Shown in pieces: positions 18,194 to 27,947 of a stretch of DNA of 58,312 nucleotides (position 1 is its first letter; every line of letters begins with the position of its first letter). A program made the position numbers and the translations under genes. Below the pieces are notes generated by a model. It did not search any database. It was given only the letters and a program-made list of their open reading frames with translations, and was not told the origin of the DNA. The stretch spans positions 1 to 58,312 of IMG/VR virus record IMGVR_UViG_3300042475_000814; one strand, given 5' to 3'. Origin of the DNA: a virus (lineage: Duplodnaviria > Caudoviricetes).

Positions 18194-18597
18194 TGCCAAG
18201 TAGCAGTAAAAAGCAACACAAGTTTATGGAAGCAATTGCTCATAATAAAGCTTTTGCTAAGAAGGTGGGTGTTCCACAGTCTGTGGGACGTGAATTTTCA
18301 AACGCCGATAAAGGCAAAACTTTTAAAAAAGGTGGTGATACTATGGCTTCAAAAATGTCTCCTAAGATGGATCCAAGAATGATGGCTGCAATGATGGCAT
18401 CTCGTAAAAAACCTATGATGCAACCCGGCATGGCACAGCCCGGCACACCAGCTATGATGAAAAAAGGTGGCACAGCTAAAAAAATGGCTAAAGGTGGTGG
18501 CGTTGAAGTCAAGGGTAAGACAAAAGGTACTATGGTAAAAATGAACATGGGTGGTATGCCTATGAAGAAAATGACTAAAGGCGGAAGGGCTTGCTAA
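18193..18597 (+). CDS. Lys/Met-rich basic protein with five xxxGG motifs
   Basis: MPSSSKKQHKFM start; KGKTKG partial tag. Confidence 0.75.
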   Translation: MPSSSKKQHKFMEAIAHNKAFAKKVGVPQSVGREFSNADKGKTFKKGGDTMASKMSPKMDPRMMAAMMASRKKPMMQPGMAQPGTPAMMKKGGTAKKMAKGGGVEVKGKTKGTMVKMNMGGMPMKKMTKGGRAC

Positions 18598-19383
18598 ATG
18601 AAACCTGTTAATGCTAAAGAAAACCCCGGACTTGCTAAGTTACCTACGGCCGTTCGTAACAAGATGGGCTATATGAAAAAGGGTGGATTAACAAAACCTA
18701 ACGGTTCTAAACGCATGAAAAAGTTTGATAATGGCGGATACACTGGCGATGATGAGATAGTTAAATACCGTATGGGCCAATTAAAAGATCCCGGAATTGA
18801 TCTATTTAAATTAGTAAGAGGCGAAGATCAAGTAGCTAAACCTGTCCAACTTGATAAAAAACCTGCTGAAATTAAAACAGAAACTAAAACTGTAACAACG
18901 CCAATAATAGAAGCTGGTGTTGAAGAAGAAACAAGTGTTAGAAGCAAACCTACAGCTCCACCTAAAAAACAAACTTTTGGCGAAGCGTTTAAAAGTGCAA
19001 GAGCTGGCGGTGGCAAGACATTTACTTTTAATGGAAAGTCTTACACTACAGAATTAGCCAAACCAAAAGCAAAAGAACCTGCATATAATGCAGCAGCGGC
19101 AGAAGAGTCATATGCCTCAAGTATGGAGAAATCAAATCCTGATTATCGTGCGGTAATGAAGAGACTAAACAGTCCTGAGTTTAAATTAGCAAAAAAATCT
19201 GGCGCAATACAAGGTACTCCTTTTGAAGATTTTGAAAGAGAAGACCGTATTATTAAAAATCAAAGAAGTTTAATGGGTAAGAAAAAAGGCGGCACAATTA
19301 AAAAGATGGCTAGCGGAGGGAGTGTTTCTAGTGCATCTAAAAGAGCCGACGGATGCGCAGTTCGTGGAAAGACAAGAGCCTAA
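18598..19383 (+). CDS. Basic modular protein with C-terminal SASKRADG tag (3)
   Basis: TFGEAFKSAR...FTFNGKSYTT module; ends MASGGSVSSASKRADGCAVRGKTRA. Confidence 0.8.
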   Translation: MKPVNAKENPGLAKLPTAVRNKMGYMKKGGLTKPNGSKRMKKFDNGGYTGDDEIVKYRMGQLKDPGIDLFKLVRGEDQVAKPVQLDKKPAEIKTETKTVTTPIIEAGVEEETSVRSKPTAPPKKQTFGEAFKSARAGGGKTFTFNGKSYTTELAKPKAKEPAYNAAAAEESYASSMEKSNPDYRAVMKRLNSPEFKLAKKSGAIQGTPFEDFEREDRIIKNQRSLMGKKKGGTIKKMASGGSVSSASKRADGCAVRGKTRA

Positions 19384-19385
19384 TT

Positions 19386-19667
19386 ATGTCAATAATGAAA
19401 ATGTTAAAAGATACTAGTGACAAAGTAAGTGAAGTTACTGACAAGTATAAATTAGCAAATCCTATAGAAGTAATTAACGAAGAGCTTGGCGGAGAAACCC
19501 GTGAAGAGTCTAAAGCCCGTAGAACAAAAGCAAAAGAACCCGTTAAAGAAATTGTTATAGAGAAAGAAACAATCATAAAACCTAGCAAATATAAAGCGGG
19601 TGGAAACGTTTCCAGCGCCTCTAAACGTGCTGACGGCTGTGCTATTCGTGGAAAGACCCGTGCATGA
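19386..19667 (+). CDS. Protein with C-terminal SASKRADG tag (4)
   Basis: ORF track 19353..19667, start moved; ends YKAGGNVSSASKRADGCAIRGKTRA. Confidence 0.75.
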   Translation: MSIMKMLKDTSDKVSEVTDKYKLANPIEVINEELGGETREESKARRTKAKEPVKEIVIEKETIIKPSKYKAGGNVSSASKRADGCAIRGKTRA

Positions 19668-20017
19668 GATCCTCTAGAGGAATGGGAGATATAAACCCAT
19701 CTAAAATGCCCGGTGCTAAAAAGAAATCTCGTAGAGATGATACGGACTTTATGCAATTTGTTGAAGGTGGTTTAGCTAAACAAGCTGCTACGGCAATTGC
19801 TATGAAAGAAAAGGGTATCAAACCTAAGAAAATGGCAGCAGGTGGACAGTCTAAAGTAAACGAAGCTGGTAACTACACAAAACCAAGTTTGCGTAAACGT
19901 ATATTTAATAGCATCAAAGCCTCCGCAGTACAGGGAACTGGTGCAGGGCAGTGGTCAGCTAGAAAAGCACAGTTGATGGCTAAACGGTATAAAGCAGCAG
20001 GTGGCGGGTACAAGTAA
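19664..20017 (+). CDS. Basic protein carrying the N-half of a DUF5872-like domain
   Basis: NYTKPSLRKRI...GQWSARKAQLMAKRYKAAGGGY. Confidence 0.7.
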   Translation: MRSSRGMGDINPSKMPGAKKKSRRDDTDFMQFVEGGLAKQAATAIAMKEKGIKPKKMAAGGQSKVNEAGNYTKPSLRKRIFNSIKASAVQGTGAGQWSARKAQLMAKRYKAAGGGYK

Positions 20018-20262
20018 TGGCGCTGGCTAAATCACAGCAGTCTTTAAAAGCTTGGGGTGATCAGAAGTGGACAACCAAGTCAGGTAAGAAGTCATCTGTA
20101 ACAGGCGAGCGGTATTTACCAAAGAAGGCAATTGAAGCATTAAGCCCACAGGAGTATGCAGCAACGACTAAAGCAAAACGAGCAGGTAAGGCAAAAGGAC
20201 AACAGTTTGTTCCGCAGCCTAAAGGGATTAAGTCTAAGGTTAAACCTTATAGGAAGATATAA
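20017..20262 (+). CDS. Basic protein, C-half of a DUF5872-like domain
   Basis: SQQSLKAW..QKWTTKSG...ERYLPKKA...GQQFV. Confidence 0.7.
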   Translation: MALAKSQQSLKAWGDQKWTTKSGKKSSVTGERYLPKKAIEALSPQEYAATTKAKRAGKAKGQQFVPQPKGIKSKVKPYRKI

Positions 20263-21191
20263 TGGCATTAACATCGGGAACTACCACATCAAACTTAGAT
20301 CTAAATAATCTAATTGAGGAAGCCTTTGAGCGTTGTGGTACTGAATTGCGTACAGGCTATGATATGCGCACAGCTCGCCGGTCACTTAATTTATTAACAA
20401 TTGAGTGGGCAAACCGAGGTTTAAATCTTTGGACGGTAGAACAAGGTCAGATCCTACTAACCACAGGACAAGCTATTTACCCAATTCCGATTGATACAAT
20501 AGACCTTTTAGACCATCAAATCCGCCAAAATAATAGTACTCCGTCTACCCAAATAGACATATCAATTAGTCGTATATCTGAGCCAACCTACGCTACGATT
20601 CCTAATAAACTGACTACTGGTAGACCAATTCAAGTATGGATTAACCGTCAAACAGGCTTAGATTACACCGCAACTGCAACTTTAGATGGCACAATTAATG
20701 CTACAACAACATCAATCACGGTTTCTAGTGCATATAGCTTACCTAGTGCTGGATTTATTAAGATTGATTCCGAGACAATTAGTTATGTAAATATTGTAGG
20801 AAACGTATTAACTAACTGTGCAAGAGGGCAGAATAACACAACCGCCGCATCCCACACAACGGCAGCGCCAATTACCGTACAGAACTTACCATGTATTAAT
20901 ATCTGGCCAACTCCGGATGCGGGTGGTGGACCATACACATTTATCTACTGGCGTTTGCGCAGAATCCAAGACGGTGGAACGAATGGTGAGATTATTCAAG
21001 ATATACCGTTTAGATTACTACCGTGTTTAGTATCTGGACTAGCGTTTTATATGGCACAAAAACTTCCAGATGGACAGGCACGGCTTGGGTTTTTAAAACA
21101 AGAGTACGAAGAACAGTGGTTATTAGCCTCAACAGAAGACCGAGAAAAAGCACCTTCTCGATTTGTTCCTAGGAATACATTCTATGCCTAA
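20262..21191 (+). CDS. Head-tail adaptor/connector-type virion protein
   Basis: IEEAFERCG...ARRSLNLL..EWANRGLNLW; synteny. Confidence 0.65.
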   Translation: MALTSGTTTSNLDLNNLIEEAFERCGTELRTGYDMRTARRSLNLLTIEWANRGLNLWTVEQGQILLTTGQAIYPIPIDTIDLLDHQIRQNNSTPSTQIDISISRISEPTYATIPNKLTTGRPIQVWINRQTGLDYTATATLDGTINATTTSITVSSAYSLPSAGFIKIDSETISYVNIVGNVLTNCARGQNNTTAASHTTAAPITVQNLPCINIWPTPDAGGGPYTFIYWRLRRIQDGGTNGEIIQDIPFRLLPCLVSGLAFYMAQKLPDGQARLGFLKQEYEEQWLLASTEDREKAPSRFVPRNTFYA

Positions 21192-21567
21192 TGCATTTGC
21201 ATCCGGAAAAAATGCGATTGCGGAGTGTGATCGTTGTGGACAGCGTTACAAACTGAAAGAGTTAAAGAAGCTAACAATAAAACAGACACAAAAGAATATT
21301 AAAGTATGTCCTGAGTGTTGGGAACCGGATCAACCGCAGTTAAGTTTAGGAATGTACCCAGTAGATGATCCACAGGCTTTAAGGAATCCTAGACCAGATG
21401 TAAGTTATAAAAATTCTGGCACAGATAACTTGGGATATGTGTCAGGAGGTAGTAGAATATTTCAATGGGGATGGAATCCCGTTGGAGGGTCTAGTAATGA
21501 TGGGCTAACACCAAACAATTTAGCAGCCCAAAGTGGTTTAGGAACCGTAACAGTAACCATAACTTAG
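21184..21567 (+). CDS. Zn-ribbon-containing conserved phage protein
   Basis: CDRCG and CPEC pairs. Confidence 0.7.
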   Translation: MPNAFASGKNAIAECDRCGQRYKLKELKKLTIKQTQKNIKVCPECWEPDQPQLSLGMYPVDDPQALRNPRPDVSYKNSGTDNLGYVSGGSRIFQWGWNPVGGSSNDGLTPNNLAAQSGLGTVTVTIT

Positions 21568-21575
21568 GAGTAATT

Positions 21576-21761
21576 ATGAAACATGAAGACGTAAAAAAAG
21601 ATAAGCCAATGATGGAAAAGGTAGCAAAGAAAGCCGTCAAGGGACATGAGAAGCGTATGCACGGCATGAAAGCTGGTGGTGTTACTACCCTTGATATGAA
21701 GAAATACGGTAGAAACATGGCTCGTGTAATGAATCAGAAATCTGGCTCAAGGGGTCGATAA
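21576..21761 (+). CDS. Small basic protein (MKAGG motif)
   Basis: ORF track, AGGAG SD. Confidence 0.7.
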   Translation: MKHEDVKKDKPMMEKVAKKAVKGHEKRMHGMKAGGVTTLDMKKYGRNMARVMNQKSGSRGR

Positions 21762-21952
21762 TGGCAAAGTTCTCTAAGAAAGTTATGGGTAAAGAGATTG
21801 GCGATGCTACAGTCTATGCTGAACCACATACGATGGACGGTAAGCCAATACAACCAAAAAACCAAATGGCTGGTGTAAAGACCACAGGAATAGAAACCCG
21901 TGGGAATGGCGCTGCTACTAAAGGTCGTATAGCTAGAGGCCCGATGGCGTGA
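21761..21952 (+). CDS. Small basic protein ending RGNGAATKG...GPMA
   Basis: ORF track; weak resemblance to the RADGCAxKG tag. Confidence 0.7.
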   Translation: MAKFSKKVMGKEIGDATVYAEPHTMDGKPIQPKNQMAGVKTTGIETRGNGAATKGRIARGPMA

Positions 21953-22608
21953 ACTACACAGAATTAACTGCTGCAATTAAAGGCTATGCTGAGAATACCT
22001 TTCCAGATACGGTAGGGGCTTTTACTTCTGCAAACCAGATTGCTACTTTCGTAAAGATGGCAGAACAGCGCATCTACAATATGGTGCAGTTACCAGCAAT
22101 TAGAAAGAACGTAACAGGTAATTTAACAAGTGGAAATAAGTATTTAACTACGCCTACAGACTGGTTATCTACCTTTAGTTTAGCTATAATTAACGCAAGT
22201 AACGAGTACTTATATCTACTGAATAAGGATGTAAACTTTATTCGAGAGTCGTATCCGGATACAGATTCACCGTTTTATGGAGTGCCAAAGTACTATGCAG
22301 TTTTTGATGATAATACTTTTATTCTAGGACCTACTCCGGATGCAAATTATTCCGCAGAGTTACATTACTTTTATTATCCAAATTCCATAGTTACGGCATC
22401 AACATCATGGTTAGGTGATAACTTTGATTCAGTATTATTGTATGGCTCATTATTAGAGGCGGCCTCCTTTATGAAGTCAGAGGCAGAAGTGATTAATTTT
22501 TACAAAGCTCGCTATGACGAAGCGATGGAAGAACTCAAACAATTAGGCGATGGCAAGAACCGTCAAGATGCTTATCGTAGTGGACAAGTAAGGTATCCCG
22601 TAAGATGA
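21949..22608 (+). CDS. Tail adaptor / tail tubular protein A-like
   Basis: GPTPD, LLYGSLLEA motifs; synteny. Confidence 0.65.
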   Translation: MNYTELTAAIKGYAENTFPDTVGAFTSANQIATFVKMAEQRIYNMVQLPAIRKNVTGNLTSGNKYLTTPTDWLSTFSLAIINASNEYLYLLNKDVNFIRESYPDTDSPFYGVPKYYAVFDDNTFILGPTPDANYSAELHYFYYPNSIVTASTSWLGDNFDSVLLYGSLLEAASFMKSEAEVINFYKARYDEAMEELKQLGDGKNRQDAYRSGQVRYPVR

Positions 22609-22883
22609 ACGCACAGAACAAAAGTGAGATAGGACTAATTCAAGTAGCAACAGTAGACTATCGTGGGTTTACACCAGAGGAGTTGGCAGATCGAGCATTA
22701 GATAAAATTATCCAGATTGGCGATCAGTCACATCCCGTCATTCGAGATCAGGCAGTAGCGTTTCGTGAACATATTCGTGGGATATTAGTTTTTTACATGA
22801 ATGAAGCAGTTAAATTTGACCGTGTAACTATTGCACAAAAGCTTAAAGATTCAGGTCATGCAGAACTAATTAATCTTTTATAG
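22605..22883 (+). CDS. Hypothetical protein
   Basis: ORF track. Confidence 0.7.
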   Translation: MNAQNKSEIGLIQVATVDYRGFTPEELADRALDKIIQIGDQSHPVIRDQAVAFREHIRGILVFYMNEAVKFDRVTIAQKLKDSGHAELINLL

Positions 22884-22892
22884 GAGTTTATT

Positions 22893-23330
22893 ATGGCATT
22901 TACAGGCAATTTTATGTGTACTAGCTTTAAAGTAGAGTTAATGCAAGCAGTGCATAACTTTACAACTGGTACAGGAAATACGTTTAAGTTAGCTTTGTAC
23001 GACAACTCAGCGTCCTTTACAGCAGCGACCACAGCGTATACGGTTACAAACGAAGTAGCTAACTCTGGTACTTATTCAGCGGGTGGTGGGACATTGACAA
23101 ACGTAACACCAACTTCTACAGGTACTACGGCGTTTACAGACTTTGCGGACTTATCGTTTACCACGGCTACGATTACGGCTTTTGGGGCTTTGATATATAA
23201 CGACACGGCAGCCGGTGATCCAACAGTATGCGTACTAGACTTTGGTGGTGCTAAGACATCTACTGCGGGAACATTTACAATTGTATTTCCTGCGGCAGAT
23301 TCAACTAACGCCATCATTCGAATAGCGTAA
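22893..23330 (+). CDS. Tail-associated structural protein
   Basis: CTSFK.ELM, FKLALY, GALIYN, VLDFG motifs. Confidence 0.7.
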   Translation: MAFTGNFMCTSFKVELMQAVHNFTTGTGNTFKLALYDNSASFTAATTAYTVTNEVANSGTYSAGGGTLTNVTPTSTGTTAFTDFADLSFTTATITAFGALIYNDTAAGDPTVCVLDFGGAKTSTAGTFTIVFPAADSTNAIIRIA

Positions 23331-23332
23331 AT

Positions 23333-24031
23333 GTGGCTGATGTATCAATTGCCCTAGGAGGTTATGGAAGCCAAGGATGGGGTGAGGCATCTTGGGGTAA
23401 TGGAAATGTATCATTTGTAGCAACAGGATCAGTAGGTTCTGTAACTATAAATGCAGATGCAAATGTAAGTTTAACTGGTGTATCTGGAACAGCAAGTGTA
23501 GGAGCAGTAACTGTTACAGCAAATGCTAATGTTTCAGTAACAGGAGTAAGTTCTACTGGAAGTGTAGGATCTGTAAGTGTTACAGGAACCGCCGCAGTTA
23601 GCGTAACAGGAGTATCTGGTACAGGCGCAGTTGGGTTAGTTACTGTTACTTGTGATGTAAACGTAAATATTACTGGAGTATCAGGGACTGCAAGTGTAGG
23701 TAGTGTAAGTATTCAAACGGACGTTAGTTTTAATGTAACGGGCGTAAACGGAACTGGACAAGTTGGTACTGTAACAGTAGTTATACAGATAAATGTTAAT
23801 GTAACAGGTGTAAGTGCAACAGGTAATGTAGGAACGGTAACCGTAGTTCCGTCTGTTGAAGTATATGTAGTAGGTGTATCAGCAACAGGAGAGATAGAGC
23901 CGGTATTGGTTTGGGGCATTATAGATACGAATCAAGTGCCAAATTGGGGGGCGATAAATGATGGACAAACACCTACTTGGACTGATATTATTGATACACA
24001 AACTCCGGTATGGAATGATATAGCGGCATAA
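23333..24031 (+). CDS. Virion protein with ~22-aa V/T/G repeats (VTGVSxTGxVGxVTV)
   Basis: About 7 tandem repeats in the translation. Confidence 0.75.
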   Translation: MADVSIALGGYGSQGWGEASWGNGNVSFVATGSVGSVTINADANVSLTGVSGTASVGAVTVTANANVSVTGVSSTGSVGSVSVTGTAAVSVTGVSGTGAVGLVTVTCDVNVNITGVSGTASVGSVSIQTDVSFNVTGVNGTGQVGTVTVVIQINVNVTGVSATGNVGTVTVVPSVEVYVVGVSATGEIEPVLVWGIIDTNQVPNWGAINDGQTPTWTDIIDTQTPVWNDIAA

Positions 24032-24041
24032 AGGAAAACAA

Positions 24042-27000
24042 ATGGCATCCACATATTCAGCACTAAAGATAGAGTTAATCGGCACGGGAGATCAGACCGG
24101 TACATGGGGAACTACAACCAATGTAAACTTGGGCGATTCTGCTCTAGGTGAGGCAATAACAGGTTCAGCGGACGTAGCCTTCTCAAGTGCGGATGTAACC
24201 ATAACCTTAACAGATACAAATGCTACACAGTCAGCCCGTAACTTACGCCTTAACCTAACAGGTACATCTGGCGGTGCAAGGAACTTAATCCTTGGTTCTG
24301 GATGCCAAATTGAGAAACTCTACCTAGTTAATAACGGTCTAGCGGATGCGGTAACGGTTAAGAACACAACAGGAACAGGAATTGCCGTAGCTGCTGGTAA
24401 GACCATGTTTGTCTATAACAACGGTACAAACGTAGTAGACGCTATAACGCATCTGACTTCTCTTACTACGGGTGTTTTATCCGCTAGTGGTGCTACGACC
24501 TTTACCGCAGGGACGGCTTCTACTTCTACGACTACAGGAACTACTGTAATTACAGGTGGTTTAGGAGTAAGTGGCAGAATTAACGCAGCTAATTTTGATG
24601 GTATTGTTGGTGCTAATACGGCAGCAGCAGGCTCATTTACTACGATAAACGCATCAACATCAATCACCAACGCAGGACTAACAAGTGGTCGAGTAACATA
24701 CGCAGGTGCTAGTGGTCTACTAACAGACTCAGCCAACCTTTTATACTCTGGTACTGACTTAACTGTTTATGGTGTAAGAGTAGGTCGTGGTGCTGGTGCT
24801 AGTGCTACAAATACTGCTGTTGGTGCTAGTGCTTTAAACGCTAACACAACTGGCATAGATAATACAGCCTTAGGCGATAGTGCATTGTTGTTAAATTCAA
24901 CAGGAAATCAAAACACAGCAATTGGTCGTGTTGCATTGGCTAATACTACTGCAAGTTTTAATACTGGATTAGGTTTTTATGCTCTTGCATTAAATACTTC
25001 TGGTGCATCTAATACTGCTGTTGGAGTATCTGCACTTCAAGCAAACACCACCGCTTCAAACAACACAGCAGTAGGATACCAAGCAGGATTAAGTACTACA
25101 ACAGGAAGCGGTGTTAATGCTTTTGGTGCTGCTGCTTTAGGCGCAAATACAACTGGATTTAATAATTGTGCTTTTGGGTCATCTGCTTTAGGTGCAAACA
25201 CAACTGCTGGCGACAATTCTGCTTTTGGTGATGCATCCCTTTTGTCAAATACTACTGGCGCTCAAAACACTGCCATTGGTCGTTCTGCTCTTAGGTTTAA
25301 CACCACTGCATCTCACAACACGGCTGTTGGTTATCAGGCAGGTTATAGTACTACAACAGGTAATGGTATAACAGCAGTTGGCTCTAGTGTTTTGTATGCA
25401 AATACAACAGGAACACTAAACGTAGCAGTAGGTGGTTATGCCCCCGGACTTCAATTTGGAGCGTTGCAAAGTAACACCACTGGAAGTCAAAACAACGCTG
25501 TTGGTGTTGGTGCTTTAACAGCAAATACTACTGCTAGTTCAAATAACGCATTTGGATATAACGCCCTTGCAGCAAATACTACTGGGGCAGCAAATTCCGC
25601 ATTTGGTCATAGCGCACTATCATCAAACACCACAGCCTCTAACAACACAGCAGTTGGTTATCAAGCAGGGTTTAGTAATACTACTGGCTTAGTTACGGCT
25701 TTTGGTGTACAAGCAGGATACTCCAACACCACAGGGGTATATAACACTTTTATTGGTGGTCAGGATTCAACATCATTTGGCTCTGGTGGAAGCACAACCA
25801 CAGGCGGTTCTAATACGGCTGTTGGTGCAGGTTCATTAGCAAAAAACACCACCGCATCTAGTAACACAGCAGTTGGCTATCAATCAGCATATTCAAATAC
25901 CACAGGCACAGAAAACGTAGCGGTTGGCGATAATGCATTTCGCACTAATACAACTGGCTCGTATAACACGTCTGTTGGTAAAAATGCAATGTACGGCAAT
26001 ACAACAGGAGTTCGTAATACGGGTGTTGGGCAAAGTGCGCTTACTTCCAACACTACTGGTAGTTACAGTGTTGCTGTTGGTATGTATTCTCTTTATTCAA
26101 GTACTACCGCCTCATACAATATAGCCATAGGTTATGAATCTTTGTATTCAACTGGAACAGGTGCTAACAATACAAGCGTAGGCACATCGGCTATGTATTC
26201 CAATACTACTGGAGGTAATAATGTAGCGGTAGGGTTTAATGCTCTTCTTTCAAACACCTCCGCCTCTGCTAACGTAGCAGTAGGGTATCAAGCTGGATAT
26301 TCAAATACAACAGGTACGCAATCAGTTTTTTCAGGTTATTTTTCTGGGTATACAAATACTACAGGTAGTTATAACACCGCTTATGGTGCGTATTCTTTAT
26401 ATTCAAATACAACTGGTACACAGAATGTTGCAGTTGGTCATGGCGCACTTGATACAAATACAACAGGTAATTACAATATATCAGTAGGCGTTAATGCCCT
26501 TGGCTCAAGCACCACAGGTTCAAATAATACTGCAATAGGGGAGGCAGCGTTATATGCAAACACCACCGGCTCTAACCACACAACAGTAGGCTATCAGGCT
26601 GGGTATGCCATTACTACTGGCGCAAACAATACTTGTATTGGTACTTCTGCTGGCTACGGTACTCCAGTAGGGGGAACAGATTTAACAACTGGAAACTCCA
26701 ACATTTATGTTGGTGGATTTGCTTACCCGTCAGGAGGAAATAACTCATCAGAAATTGTTATCGGATATAACTCTGCTAGTAAAGGTACTGGCACAGGATT
26801 TATTAACCCTGCTGGTGGTGGCGTATATCAAGGTAATAACTCATCAACTTGGTCACAAACTTCTGACGCAAGACTTAAAAAGAACATTGTAGATAACAAC
26901 ACAGGTTTAGATAAGATTACTGCAATCCAAGTGCGTAACTTTGAGTACCGTTTACCTGAAGAAGTTACAGAATTACCAGCACATTCTGTTATTAAAAAAG

Positions 27001-27182
27001 AAGGTGTTCAACTTGGTGTTATTGCACAAGAACTTCAACAGGTACTACCTGAGTGTGTTAAGACTGAAAGCACAGGCGTAATGACTGTAGACGCAGATAA
27101 CTTAACTTGGTACATGATTAACGCAATAAAAGAGTTAAAAGCAGAAGTAGATTCACTTAAACAACAACTTGCATCTAGATAG
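24042..27182 (+). CDS. Tail fibre with ~14-aa NTTGxxNxAVG repeats and C-terminal S74 intramolecular chaperone
   Basis: TWGTTTN anchor, repeat shaft, SDARLKKNI...GVIAQEL...C-terminal coiled coil. Confidence 0.85.
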   Translation: MASTYSALKIELIGTGDQTGTWGTTTNVNLGDSALGEAITGSADVAFSSADVTITLTDTNATQSARNLRLNLTGTSGGARNLILGSGCQIEKLYLVNNGLADAVTVKNTTGTGIAVAAGKTMFVYNNGTNVVDAITHLTSLTTGVLSASGATTFTAGTASTSTTTGTTVITGGLGVSGRINAANFDGIVGANTAAAGSFTTINASTSITNAGLTSGRVTYAGASGLLTDSANLLYSGTDLTVYGVRVGRGAGASATNTAVGASALNANTTGIDNTALGDSALLLNSTGNQNTAIGRVALANTTASFNTGLGFYALALNTSGASNTAVGVSALQANTTASNNTAVGYQAGLSTTTGSGVNAFGAAALGANTTGFNNCAFGSSALGANTTAGDNSAFGDASLLSNTTGAQNTAIGRSALRFNTTASHNTAVGYQAGYSTTTGNGITAVGSSVLYANTTGTLNVAVGGYAPGLQFGALQSNTTGSQNNAVGVGALTANTTASSNNAFGYNALAANTTGAANSAFGHSALSSNTTASNNTAVGYQAGFSNTTGLVTAFGVQAGYSNTTGVYNTFIGGQDSTSFGSGGSTTTGGSNTAVGAGSLAKNTTASSNTAVGYQSAYSNTTGTENVAVGDNAFRTNTTGSYNTSVGKNAMYGNTTGVRNTGVGQSALTSNTTGSYSVAVGMYSLYSSTTASYNIAIGYESLYSTGTGANNTSVGTSAMYSNTTGGNNVAVGFNALLSNTSASANVAVGYQAGYSNTTGTQSVFSGYFSGYTNTTGSYNTAYGAYSLYSNTTGTQNVAVGHGALDTNTTGNYNISVGVNALGSSTTGSNNTAIGEAALYANTTGSNHTTVGYQAGYAITTGANNTCIGTSAGYGTPVGGTDLTTGNSNIYVGGFAYPSGGNNSSEIVIGYNSASKGTGTGFINPAGGGVYQGNNSSTWSQTSDARLKKNIVDNNTGLDKITAIQVRNFEYRLPEEVTELPAHSVIKKEGVQLGVIAQELQQVLPECVKTESTGVMTVDADNLTWYMINAIKELKAEVDSLKQQLASR

Positions 27183-27192
27183 GAGAATTAAA

Positions 27193-27510
27193 ATGGCAAC
27201 AGTATTTACAACAAAAATCACGGCAATGTACACAGTGCAACAGCCTGACCCAAACTATGTGATTAACGCACTATGGGAAGTAACAGGAGTAGACGGCACT
27301 TATACTGCATCTATCCAAGGCAACACACAGTTTGACTCTACAGACCAGACTACATTTGTGCCTTACGCAAATCTAACTGAGGCGTTAGTTATTAGTTGGA
27401 TTCCTGAGAACCAAATAGACAGCGCACAGTCTTGTGTACAAGGGCAAATTGACAGCCTAATTACACCACCTGTTAGCCCGGCAAATACACCGCTACCTTG
27501 GAGCGCATAG
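27193..27510 (+). CDS. Tail fibre-associated protein (ends LPW)
   Basis: FVPYANLTE..V.SW motif; position. Confidence 0.65.
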   Translation: MATVFTTKITAMYTVQQPDPNYVINALWEVTGVDGTYTASIQGNTQFDSTDQTTFVPYANLTEALVISWIPENQIDSAQSCVQGQIDSLITPPVSPANTPLPWSA

Positions 27511-27544
27511 ATTTTTAAACCGTAGTACAACCTAGGAGAATAGC

Positions 27545-27769
27545 ATGAGCGAAAACACTAAAAAGCCCGCCATAACTATTGATGAAGTAGAGTATTTGAT
27601 AGACGATATGACCAACGAGCAGCAAATGATGGTTAATCACATTGATGATTTAAGTCGGAAAATGGCATCATCGCAGTTTAATCTTGACCAACTCAATGTG
27701 GGCAAACAAGCATTTGTTAATATGTTAAAGCAATCTTTAGTGGCGGCACCTGAAGAGACAGTGCAGTAA
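27545..27769 (+). CDS. Small coiled-coil protein
   Basis: ORF track, AGGAG SD. Confidence 0.7.
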   Translation: MSENTKKPAITIDEVEYLIDDMTNEQQMMVNHIDDLSRKMASSQFNLDQLNVGKQAFVNMLKQSLVAAPEETVQ

Positions 27770-27800
27770 AGGCGGGGGGCAACCCCCTTAAAGGGGAGCA

Positions 27801-27947
27801 ATGGAAACAGTAGATATACTAGCAAAGATTTGGCCCCTGCTTGTGGGGTTTGTAACGCTTGTTATTGTGCTTGCCAAAATGGATAATAAAGTGTCAGTCC
27901 TTGAAGAAAAAGTGAAGACTTTGTTTGAACTTTGGAATAAGAAATGA
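27801..27947 (+). CDS. Small single-TM protein (48 aa), lysis-associated
   Basis: Manual translation METVDILAKIWPLLVGFVTLVIVLAKMDNKVSVLEEKV...; GGGGAG SD. Confidence 0.6.
   Translation: METVDILAKIWPLLVGFVTLVIVLAKMDNKVSVLEEKVKTLFELWNKK

Noticed and set aside
17829-19660. CRISPR array or DGR template/variable repeats from the four ~50-bp repeats
   Set aside because: Spacing is irregular, copies are coding and differ at synonymous sites rather than adenines; no reverse transcriptase or cas genes
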